The position numbers and the translations under genes were made by a program. A stretch of DNA of 64,000 bases from assembly GCA_963934255.1 (NCBI GenBank), contig CAWVXU010000005.1:2570-66569 (forward strand). Reading direction: 5' to 3'. Positions 10,542-18,626 of the stretch are shown piece by piece (the first letter of the stretch is position 1; every line of letters starts with the position of its first letter). This stretch comes from an uncultured Fibrobacterales bacterium. Lineage in GTDB: Bacteria; Fibrobacterota; Fibrobacteria; Fibrobacterales; CAWVXU01. The notes under the pieces are model-generated. The model was given only the letters and a program-made list of their open reading frames with translations. It was not told where the DNA came from and did no database searches.

Positions 10542-10659
10542 ATTTAGTTCATTTATTCAAAGGAAACCTTTTGAAATCCTGTGAATAAAATTAAATTATC
10601 CGAATCAAGTCACAAAGGCTTGGTTTTAAAATTATTCATTCTAACGATGAAGAGACGAA

Positions 10660-10944
10660 ATGGCAAGATTTCGCATTAAAAAGACCTCTATAATGGACGA
10701 TGACAAAAGTATCGTTTTTAAAGGCAAGGTCGAAGAAGGACCTATCAATAAAGGTATGGTCATAGATATACCAATTACAGACGCAGCGTCTATTCCTGTC
10801 AAGGTGTACGATATCGTACATTTTGAAAAACAAAAGGATGAAGACAAGAAAGTTGGCCTTGTAATTGATTTCGCTGATGAACCGGAAGCAATGGAAATTA
10901 TCCTTGGACTAAATATCCAAAACGAGACTCTCGAGCTCCGTTAA
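10660..10944 (+). CDS. Small hypothetical protein with an EF-Tu domain II-like beta-barrel pattern
   Basis: FRI....GKVEEGPINKGMVI pattern; followed by a strong terminator. Confidence 0.55.
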   Translation: MARFRIKKTSIMDDDKSIVFKGKVEEGPINKGMVIDIPITDAASIPVKVYDIVHFEKQKDEDKKVGLVIDFADEPEAMEIILGLNIQNETLELR

Positions 10945-10962
10945 TCTCCTGAAATTTGATAC

Positions 10963-10994
10963 AAGCCAATCTTATTGATTAAGATTGGCTTTTT
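10963..10994 (+). terminator. Intrinsic terminator
   Basis: aagccaatctta-ttgat-taagattggctt perfect stem followed by T-run. Confidence 0.8.
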
Positions 10995-11205
10995 GTTGTT
11001 ATTTAAACCCCTCTACTAATTGGTAAAGCATAGGCAAAATGTTGCTTATGTTTTTTTATTTACTTACAGTGTGTTGAGAATGCCTTTGCAAGGCTTGAAA
11101 TTTTATTTGAATCAAAATAAAGCTGCTTGATTGTAATATTTTAGAGCAATCAAGCAACTATTGAGCTTTAAATTCAACTTCTAGCATCAATTAACCGATA
11201 CAAAA

Positions 11206-14148
11206 ATGATGGTACGATTAAAACGGAAACATAAGACTCATTTTTTGGCATTTATGTGTTTGATACTAGGTCTTAGCCTGGGAGTCTCTCATGCAAATAA
11301 CCCTTGGGATGGACTCGGCTCTTTTGATGATTCAGAAGTGGGCACAACTATATTCCCTATCCTTAAGCGTAACCCTGATGCACGTGGTATCGCCTTAGGT
11401 GGTAATTTGGGTGCCATGGAAAATGGACCCATGACAATGTGGTGGAACCCTGCTGGTCTAGCTGAAATCAACGGCTATTGGACAAACTTTAATCATGCCT
11501 CGGTCTATGGTGAGTTTAATCAAGATGTGATAACTACGACAATCCCCTGGGGCAAAGGCCGCACCGTTGCTTTTTTGACAAATGGACTTTGGACAGGAGA
11601 TATTGAAAACGGCCGTGATATTAATGAAGATAGCTACGCCTATAGTTCAACTGAATTTATGGTTGGCGCCGCTTTAGGTTATGAGGTTGTGCCGAAAGTT
11701 TTTTCTCTAGGTGCGAGTTTATATTATTTAAACGCACTACTTGATGATGTTAATACGATGGGCTTCTCTGCAGATGTTGGATTAAAATGGAATTTAAGGT
11801 GGGAATTGGTCAATTCACTTTCTTTACATAATATATCAGCCGGAGCCAAAAGTAATCGCCCCGGTGCACGGTTACGTGAGAAGTTTCCTATGATGATTCG
11901 TTGGAGTGTAGGTAAGCCAATGGGCCCTAATATTGTGGATCTATATGGCTGGAACTTGGGTCTAACTAAATCTAATGATGGAATGTTTAGCGGACATGTA
12001 GGTTTCGAACAAAAAATCCAAAACATGCTATATGTTCGAGCCGGTAAAGAATATTCTTTCAATGATCAAGAAGCTGGATATTTTAGAGGACTTTCCGGAG
12101 GACTAGGCTTGCAAGTGAGTACACTTCGTTTTGATTACGGAACAAAGTACCATGGGTTTCTTGGCTTTGAGCATCTCTTAGGTGTAAAGTTTGCCTTATT
12201 TGAAAGACCTACGCGTGAGCGCTTGCCGCTCATTGATCAAGCTCGTGCTTGGTATGCTGAAGGAGATTGTGATAAAGCAGCGATGTTAGCTCAAGCCTTA
12301 ATTGAGAAAAACCCCAACTCCATAGAAGCGACTTCAATTCTTCAACACTGTCGCATACAAGCCAAGGTCGAAGATAAAGATTATATCGCAATTATTTATT
12401 CGGGTTTAATCAAGGGCCAACTATTTGATCATCAGCGAGGCGATGTTTTAATTGGTGGTTTCTCTCGTCGAATGAAAGCATTGAATAATCTCAAAAAAAG
12501 ATACCCGATAAACTTAAGTATAGATGTGGGGCGTTTTGCTGCCCCAGTGAGAAATTTTGAACGAGATTCACTTTTGATGGGTGGACTTAATATGTTAAAT
12601 TTTGATGCTATACTTTGGGATCCGAGTGTGTCTCAGCAAAAAAGTTATGTCAATGGGCAAGAAGTCACTAACCCATTTCATCCGATGAAATTAGCTTGGA
12701 TTGGAGAGGATAATAAAACCCCTTCAAGTAGAGTAATCAATGCCGATGGACGTTTAGTATTTGTGATGGGTGTGAATGACTCAACTTTCACAGCAACAAA
12801 GGCACAAGAGTTATTTGAAACTGAGCTCAAGGCAATGAAAAAGAAACATCATGTTGACGAGTTTGCTTTGACAGTCTTTGTGTGGAATGTAGACGCTAGA
12901 AAAGCCAGAAAACTTCTTGAGTCAGGTTTTGATGCAGATCTCGTAATATGTGCTCAAGGGATGGCTCAATCAGAGTCAGTAGGCAAAGGGGTTTTAGCTT
13001 CAGCATCGATTGGAGAGCTTGGATTGTTTAGATTCTATTTTGATGGAAGTGATCTTTTAAATTACGATCATCAAATGGTTCAACTAAATTCTGGTGTCAA
13101 GCCAGATTCTCAAATGAAACAATTCTTACAGGATTCAATTCGGGCCCCGGAAGATGTACTAAACAAGTGGACTCCTCGTGATGAATCTCATTTCTTATTC
13201 TTGCATAGTGATGAGCTCCAGCCAGAAGATAAGCCTCAGTTATTTGATCTTTATATTAAAGATCAAATAAAGAATTTTGATTATAGAGTAAATCATCATC
13301 CACAACAATATGTATCAGCGGAACTGTCAGTCTCTCGTGGACGAATTGCTTTTGTGGAGTCGGTAGAGAACACGAAAGTTCTTTCTATTCAAAATACGAT
13401 TGATAAGCGTTCACAATCTATTAGTCCTGATGATGTTATTGTTGAGCAAGTCCGCTTTGATCCTTTTGAAAATTGGATTTTTTATCGATTTACTAATTCT
13501 AAAGGTCTTCAAGGTTTAAATCGAGTTCGCCCAAGTGGATTAGAATCAACGCTTTTTTTACAAGAAGAATGGGGCAAGTTTAACGACTTCATATTTAGTT
13601 CGGATGCTAGATTTATGGCGACTCATTGGACATCTTCTGATGACTCATGGGTCGAACATTGGTCTTTACGATCTAAGGCTCATCTAAGAGTTAACCCTCA
13701 AGACCAATACGCTCACACGCCTGTTTATTCACCTAATGGTCTTTACTTGGCTTATCTAGGTGAGTCCAAGCAAGAAGACCCTATGCTTCGTGGCGCTGAT
13801 ATAATTTTGTTTGATGTGAATTTAGGCGATACTTTACAATTAACTGATGGTGCACGAGTGAAATCAATGACATGGTCTAAAGACGGTGCTTATTTACTTT
13901 ATAGTTCTGGTGATGAAATTCAAGATTTGAATTTGATTCACATCTCAACTCAGACATCTAAAAAACTTATTAAACAGACTGGATTTTCTAGTGAAGAAAA
14001 CCCTCAAGCATATAGTCTCAAAGATAAAGATGGGTTTCTTTATGAAAGAGTATTTGAAGGTGAACGACACATTTATTGGGTCTCAATTGATGGTCAAATC
14101 AACACTCCATTAGTCGAACTTAAAGGCCAAAATTATTTACCAAAATAG
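11206..14148 (+). CDS. Multidomain protein: PorV/PorQ-family barrel + TPR + degenerate 5'-nucleotidase/metallophosphatase-like domain + TolB/PD40 beta-propeller
   Basis: ARGIALGG...WWNPAGLA (PorV/PorQ signature); barrel ends near LGVKF; TPR-like ARAWYAEG..NPNSIEA; IAIIYSGLIKGQL..GGFSRR..SIDVG; PVYSPNG and WSKDG repeats. Confidence 0.7.
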   Translation: MMVRLKRKHKTHFLAFMCLILGLSLGVSHANNPWDGLGSFDDSEVGTTIFPILKRNPDARGIALGGNLGAMENGPMTMWWNPAGLAEINGYWTNFNHASVYGEFNQDVITTTIPWGKGRTVAFLTNGLWTGDIENGRDINEDSYAYSSTEFMVGAALGYEVVPKVFSLGASLYYLNALLDDVNTMGFSADVGLKWNLRWELVNSLSLHNISAGAKSNRPGARLREKFPMMIRWSVGKPMGPNIVDLYGWNLGLTKSNDGMFSGHVGFEQKIQNMLYVRAGKEYSFNDQEAGYFRGLSGGLGLQVSTLRFDYGTKYHGFLGFEHLLGVKFALFERPTRERLPLIDQARAWYAEGDCDKAAMLAQALIEKNPNSIEATSILQHCRIQAKVEDKDYIAIIYSGLIKGQLFDHQRGDVLIGGFSRRMKALNNLKKRYPINLSIDVGRFAAPVRNFERDSLLMGGLNMLNFDAILWDPSVSQQKSYVNGQEVTNPFHPMKLAWIGEDNKTPSSRVINADGRLVFVMGVNDSTFTATKAQELFETELKAMKKKHHVDEFALTVFVWNVDARKARKLLESGFDADLVICAQGMAQSESVGKGVLASASIGELGLFRFYFDGSDLLNYDHQMVQLNSGVKPDSQMKQFLQDSIRAPEDVLNKWTPRDESHFLFLHSDELQPEDKPQLFDLYIKDQIKNFDYRVNHHPQQYVSAELSVSRGRIAFVESVENTKVLSIQNTIDKRSQSISPDDVIVEQVRFDPFENWIFYRFTNSKGLQGLNRVRPSGLESTLFLQEEWGKFNDFIFSSDARFMATHWTSSDDSWVEHWSLRSKAHLRVNPQDQYAHTPVYSPNGLYLAYLGESKQEDPMLRGADIILFDVNLGDTLQLTDGARVKSMTWSKDGAYLLYSSGDEIQDLNLIHISTQTSKKLIKQTGFSSEENPQAYSLKDKDGFLYERVFEGERHIYWVSIDGQINTPLVELKGQNYLPK

Positions 14149-14295
14149 ATGAAATAACCTCACTGTAATAACCTCATCAAAATAAATTTACAGAGAGTTC
14201 AATTTTTTTCTTGACTTTGGCTTGTAAAAAATTCAATATATATAGAGAGACGTTTGTAAACCTCAACTTCGTGAACGGGAGGCATCGGCGCACAA

Positions 14296-14585
14296 TGGAT
14301 AATAATTTAATTTTGAATGGTGTATTAGCTATTATAGTTTTGGGCCTCATTCTTATACATTTATCCTTGCGCAAAAGCATTGCAAAAGACGCCCGTGAAG
14401 TTGTAGGGCATTTACATAATCTCTACATAGAGAGAGAGAGAGATGGCGAGTTAATTATTCAAGATTCCAGTGAGGCAGAGTCCACAGGAGCCACTGACCG
14501 TTATGGTCAAATAAATCAAACTCAACCAATCCTCCACCTCCAACTACATAGGGAGAAGGCTCAAAAGCGAAAGGCTTCCAAATAA
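14296..14585 (+). CDS. Small single-pass membrane hypothetical protein
   Basis: ATG at about 14296 inside the supplied ORF; N-terminal TM helix, basic C-terminus; followed by a terminator. Confidence 0.55.
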
Positions 14586-14623
14586 AGGACGGGTGCCATA
14601 GTTCAAGAATCTTTTTCCAAAAA

Positions 14624-14657
14624 AAAGAGAAGACGCTTCCAAAGCGTCTTTCTTTGT
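14624..14657 (+). terminator. Intrinsic terminator (possibly bidirectional)
   Basis: aagagaagacgctt-cca-aagcgtctttctt hairpin flanked by A- and T-runs. Confidence 0.75.
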
Positions 14658-14729
14658 ATTTATTGCGTTATAGAAGAAACCTTTATCGCAGAGTTTTATT
14701 CACTCGCGCATGCTTTTAGCTAAATTTGT

Positions 14730-16487
14730 TTGATGGAAATAAAATTACTTCAACATTATCAATTCAACCTTTCAAATGAAACTTTGATTGAAAATTTTAG
14801 CTATTCAAAGTTAGAGCAAATACGGGCTAACAGTTATAGTCAGCTGAAGTTAAAAACTGAGTATCTACTTCAAAGACAACTGATTCGAGGCGCATTATTT
14901 AAAGAATATCAAAGACGTAACATTTCAAATACGTCCTTTCTATCACAACCCTCAGACATTGTGATTGATTACAATTCTAAAGGAAAGCCATTTCTAAAAG
15001 ATCGTGCTTTTCATTTCTCGATATCTCATAGTCGTAAATTATTAATTATTGTTTGTAGTCATGAACCTATTGGTGTTGATATAGAGTTTCATCAAACTCG
15101 AGATGTAAACAGATTAGCAAGTCGTTTTTTCCATGAAGACGAATTTAACCTTTTATTGGCAATGGGAAAAGAAAGTTCTCAATCAAATACAACACAAATT
15201 GAAACCTTTTATCAGATGTGGACTTTTAAAGAAGCATGGCTTAAATGCCGAGGTTCAACCTTGTTGAATTTTTTGAGTCAATCAACTTTGAAACATTTAA
15301 ATCTTCAAGGAAATGTGAGGTCAGAAAGTACTTCATCAATAAATAATTTAAGTTTTGAAATGAGTGATACTTCCATAGATTCAATGGGGCATATCAATAG
15401 TGCTTATTCTGAACTATTAATTGATGAGGAGTCTTACCATATACACATTGTTGTAAACTCAACTCCGATTTACGAAAAATTTCCAAAACTACAAGCCAAT
15501 AGACCTAAAGTATCAATCATTGAATCTTTCACACCAGTGCGTGAACTTTTAAATGAACATTTAAGAATATCAAAATCACATACATCCCCACCAAAGTCAC
15601 TTTGGCTGAAAGATGATTCTAAAACTCACCCTGAATTTGGTGGTAACAAAATTCGAAAATTTGAATTTCTTATGGGTTGTGCCTTGCAAGAGGTTCAATT
15701 AGGAAAACGTGCAAAATTTGATCATATGGTGAGTATTGGCTTTGAAGGTTCAAACCATTGTGTAGCAACATCTCTTATTGCTAGAGAATTTGGTTTGAAT
15801 TGTTCTGTCTTTTTAAAAAGACAGATGGACGCTTCTTATGTTCAAGAAAACCTGAACTGGCACAAAAAATTAAAAACGAATATTTGGACTGATAAAGATA
15901 TACCACTTGAGAAGCCATTTCCCAGTTTAGAAGATTTATACCATTTGGTAGAGGATGATTCAAAAGTATTCTGGGTTTCGCCAGGAGGTACTCATCCTGT
16001 TTCTCATTGGGGATATACCAATGCTGCATTTGAACTCAAATCACAGATTGACCAACGTCTTGTTGTGGAACCAGACCTCTTATATATTGCCTGTGGCACA
16101 ACAGGTTCAGCAGTTGGTTTAATTGCAGGACTCAAACTTGCAGGACTCAAAACAAAAGTCATTGCAGTTCAAGTAGTTCCTGATTTTATCGTCAACCAAA
16201 AATCTTTGATGAAACAACTTCAAAAATTTAATGAGGAGTTAGAGCTTATAGGAGAGCGACCTCTAGTGTGGAGTGGCAATGAGTTTGTAATTCATAGAGG
16301 AGCTTTGGGTGAAGGCTATGCAATACCGACAATAAGGTCCGAATCTCTTGTGACTGAACTTTATTTAAGTGAAAAGCTTCATTTAGATTGGACTTATACT
16401 GCCAAAGTGTGGGATGCAATTTGGCAAGATTCAAATAAAGGGAAATTGAGCGGTTTAGATATAATGTATTGGAATACCTACCATTGA
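14730..16487 (+). CDS. Fusion: Sfp-type 4'-phosphopantetheinyl transferase + D-cysteine desulfhydrase/ACC deaminase-family PLP enzyme
   Basis: N-half: GKP, FSISHS, IGVDIE, WTFKEAWLK. C-half: TP..LWLKDD..GGNKIRKFE (PLP Lys), SNH, ACGTTGS, LDWTYTAK. Confidence 0.85.
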   Translation: MMEIKLLQHYQFNLSNETLIENFSYSKLEQIRANSYSQLKLKTEYLLQRQLIRGALFKEYQRRNISNTSFLSQPSDIVIDYNSKGKPFLKDRAFHFSISHSRKLLIIVCSHEPIGVDIEFHQTRDVNRLASRFFHEDEFNLLLAMGKESSQSNTTQIETFYQMWTFKEAWLKCRGSTLLNFLSQSTLKHLNLQGNVRSESTSSINNLSFEMSDTSIDSMGHINSAYSELLIDEESYHIHIVVNSTPIYEKFPKLQANRPKVSIIESFTPVRELLNEHLRISKSHTSPPKSLWLKDDSKTHPEFGGNKIRKFEFLMGCALQEVQLGKRAKFDHMVSIGFEGSNHCVATSLIAREFGLNCSVFLKRQMDASYVQENLNWHKKLKTNIWTDKDIPLEKPFPSLEDLYHLVEDDSKVFWVSPGGTHPVSHWGYTNAAFELKSQIDQRLVVEPDLLYIACGTTGSAVGLIAGLKLAGLKTKVIAVQVVPDFIVNQKSLMKQLQKFNEELELIGERPLVWSGNEFVIHRGALGEGYAIPTIRSESLVTELYLSEKLHLDWTYTAKVWDAIWQDSNKGKLSGLDIMYWNTYH

Positions 16488-16510
16488 TAGGTTAAAAATA
16501 TCAAAAAGTA

Positions 16511-16945
16511 TTAGGTTTCACCCGTGACAAAATTCTCAATGACCCGAAAACTTGGAATCACGTCGTAATTTTCTCCACCACGATAGTTTTCCACAAATTC
16601 CTTAGCAGCCTTGCGAAGTTCAATTTCAAGTTCTGCTATGTTAGTCTTAAATGAAGCTTCACCCATTTCGATTAAAACCATCGGACCTGCGAGGTGTATT
16701 TTGACAGAAGTACGGTCTTCAGCGAAATCTATCCAAGTTTCGCTATTTCCATCACCTAAAAGGCCTAAAGCCTTCTTTTTGCCTTGATTTAGTCCATCAA
16801 TGAGCTGCATAAGCCAATAATCGACCAAAAGATAGTCAGTTCTTGCTTCACTTTCGCCTTGGCGAACGACAATCATGCCACCTGCATCCTGAGGATTGAG
16901 GCGACAAGAGTCATCTATTAATATTTGAATTTGAATACGTGCCAT
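16511..16945 (-). CDS. Hypothetical protein
   Basis: 144-aa ORF filling the gap with a natural composition; no recognised motif. Confidence 0.6.
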   Translation of the reverse strand: MARIQIQILIDDSCRLNPQDAGGMIVVRQGESEARTDYLLVDYWLMQLIDGLNQGKKKALGLLGDGNSETWIDFAEDRTSVKIHLAGPMVLIEMGEASFKTNIAELEIELRKAAKEFVENYRGGENYDVIPSFRVIENFVTGET

Positions 16946-17004
16946 AAGAGAATAATAACAATTGATTTTTGCTATCTTGTGTAAAAAAGAAAAGGATTCA
17001 TAAA

Positions 17005-17307
17005 ATGGTAAAACATATCGTCTTTTGGCGCTTCAAAGATGAGGCTGAAGGTGCTGCTAAAAATGAAAACGTCCAAAAAGTAATTGCTAGTCTTAAAGCT
17101 CTTCCTGCTCAAATTCCTGAAATTTTAGAACTCGAGGTGGGTGAGAATTTCTCTGGCCGCGAAATTGCTTGTGATTTGGCTCTTTATACGACTTTTGAAT
17201 CAGAAAAAGCGCTCAATATATACGCAGCTCATCCAGAACATGTGAAAGTTGCACAATTTATTGGGTCCGTTGTGAGCGAAGGTCGCGTTGTCGATTATCA
17301 CGTTTAA
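17005..17307 (+). CDS. Dabb family (stress-responsive A/B barrel) protein
   Basis: MVKHIVFWRFK..IP.I..LEVG..D..L...F......Y..HPEH..V..VDY; AGGA RBS before ATG 17005. Confidence 0.88.
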   Translation: MVKHIVFWRFKDEAEGAAKNENVQKVIASLKALPAQIPEILELEVGENFSGREIACDLALYTTFESEKALNIYAAHPEHVKVAQFIGSVVSEGRVVDYHV

Positions 17308-17326
17308 ATGTTAAATTAAAAATATA

Positions 17327-18619
17327 TTGAAGGAGCCTTCCGTGGAACAACTCACACTAGACCCTATTACAAAAGTAGATGGTACAATCACCATTCCTGG
17401 ATCGAAGTCACTTTCCAATCGAATTCTATTACTGGCAGCATTAGCTGAAGGTAAGACTAAGATTTCTAATCTACTTGATTCTGATGATATCAGTCATATG
17501 CTCAATGCGTTAAAGCTATTGGGGGTAAAATGGGAAAGAACAGGTGAATCCGAAGTTGTTGTTGTTGGTTGTGCTGGCCCTTTACCTGCTCGAGATAAAG
17601 TTGAACTTTTCTTGGGTAATGCAGGAACCGCAATGAGACCTCTTACGGCAGCGCTTTGTGTGGGAGCCGGTCAAGTCATATTAACAGGTGAGCCTAGAAT
17701 GTATGAGCGTCCTATAGGTGATCTGATTGATGCACTTCGTCCACTTGGTGCAGACATTGAGTATCTTAAAGATGAAAACTATCCTCCACTCAAAATTAAT
17801 GCTGGGGCTTTAAAAGGTGGCAAAGTTTCTATTCGCGGAAATATCTCTTCGCAATTTTTAACTGCACTTCTAATGACTGCTCCACTTCTCTCATCACCTC
17901 TTGAGATTGTCGTTGAAGGCGAGCTTGTCTCCAAGCCATATATTGATATTACTCTTGATGTGATGTCTAAGTTTGGAGTAGAAGTTGAGAACGATAACTA
18001 TCAGAGTTTTAAAGTAAGTCCGGCAACTTATGTATCACCAGGTGTTGCTTTTGTAGAAGGCGATGCGTCAAGCGCGTCCTACTTTTTATCGGCTGCAGCA
18101 ATCTGTGGTGGAACTGTTCGAGTTTATGGTGTAGGCACTGATAGTGTTCAAGGTGATACACAGTATGCGCATGTACTTGAAAAAATGGGAGCCACCGTCA
18201 ATTGGGGACCCAATTTTATTGAAGTTACCAAGGGTGATCTTCAAGGTATAGATGTAGACTGTAATCATATTCCTGATGCGGCGATGACTATTGGGACCAC
18301 AGCTCTCTTTGCTAAAGGCCCTACTGCAATTCGAAATATCTATAACTGGCGTGTCAAAGAAACTGACCGTCTTAGTGCTATGGCTACTGAGCTTCGTAAA
18401 GTGGGGGCAACTGTTGTAGAGGGTGAAGACTTTATCGAGATTATCCCACCAGAGAAAATTTTACATGCAGAAATTGACACATATGACGACCACCGAATTG
18501 CTATGTGTTTTTCACTTGCAGCAATGGGGGCAACTCCAATGACAATTAATGATCCGAAATGTACATCTAAAACATTTCCTACTTATTTTGAAGTTTTAAA
18601 AACTTTAGTGAAAGATTAG
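17327..18619 (+). CDS. aroA: 3-phosphoshikimate 1-carboxyvinyltransferase (EPSP synthase)
   Basis: [38 protein letters not shown]. Confidence 0.97.
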   Translation: MKEPSVEQLTLDPITKVDGTITIPGSKSLSNRILLLAALAEGKTKISNLLDSDDISHMLNALKLLGVKWERTGESEVVVVGCAGPLPARDKVELFLGNAGTAMRPLTAALCVGAGQVILTGEPRMYERPIGDLIDALRPLGADIEYLKDENYPPLKINAGALKGGKVSIRGNISSQFLTALLMTAPLLSSPLEIVVEGELVSKPYIDITLDVMSKFGVEVENDNYQSFKVSPATYVSPGVAFVEGDASSASYFLSAAAICGGTVRVYGVGTDSVQGDTQYAHVLEKMGATVNWGPNFIEVTKGDLQGIDVDCNHIPDAAMTIGTTALFAKGPTAIRNIYNWRVKETDRLSAMATELRKVGATVVEGEDFIEIIPPEKILHAEIDTYDDHRIAMCFSLAAMGATPMTINDPKCTSKTFPTYFEVLKTLVKD

Positions 18620-18626
18620 GTTTCAT

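Noticed and set aside
11174-11201. Sigma-28-like promoter (tcaa-N16-accgatac) before the PorV fusion
   Set aside because: Imperfect match and too close to the first ATG; cannot be supported without TSS data.
14230-14296. GC-richer leader as a riboswitch or ncRNA
   Set aside because: No recognisable aptamer, RNase P, tmRNA or 6S signature by eye.
14429-14443. (AG)7 tract as a phase-variation switch
   Set aside because: Short, encodes a plausible ERER stretch, and there is no evidence of frame variation.
15500-16487. Calling the PLP domain a true ACC deaminase (acdS)
   Set aside because: It has LDWTYTAK rather than the Glu-containing TDPVYEGK motif of ACC deaminases.
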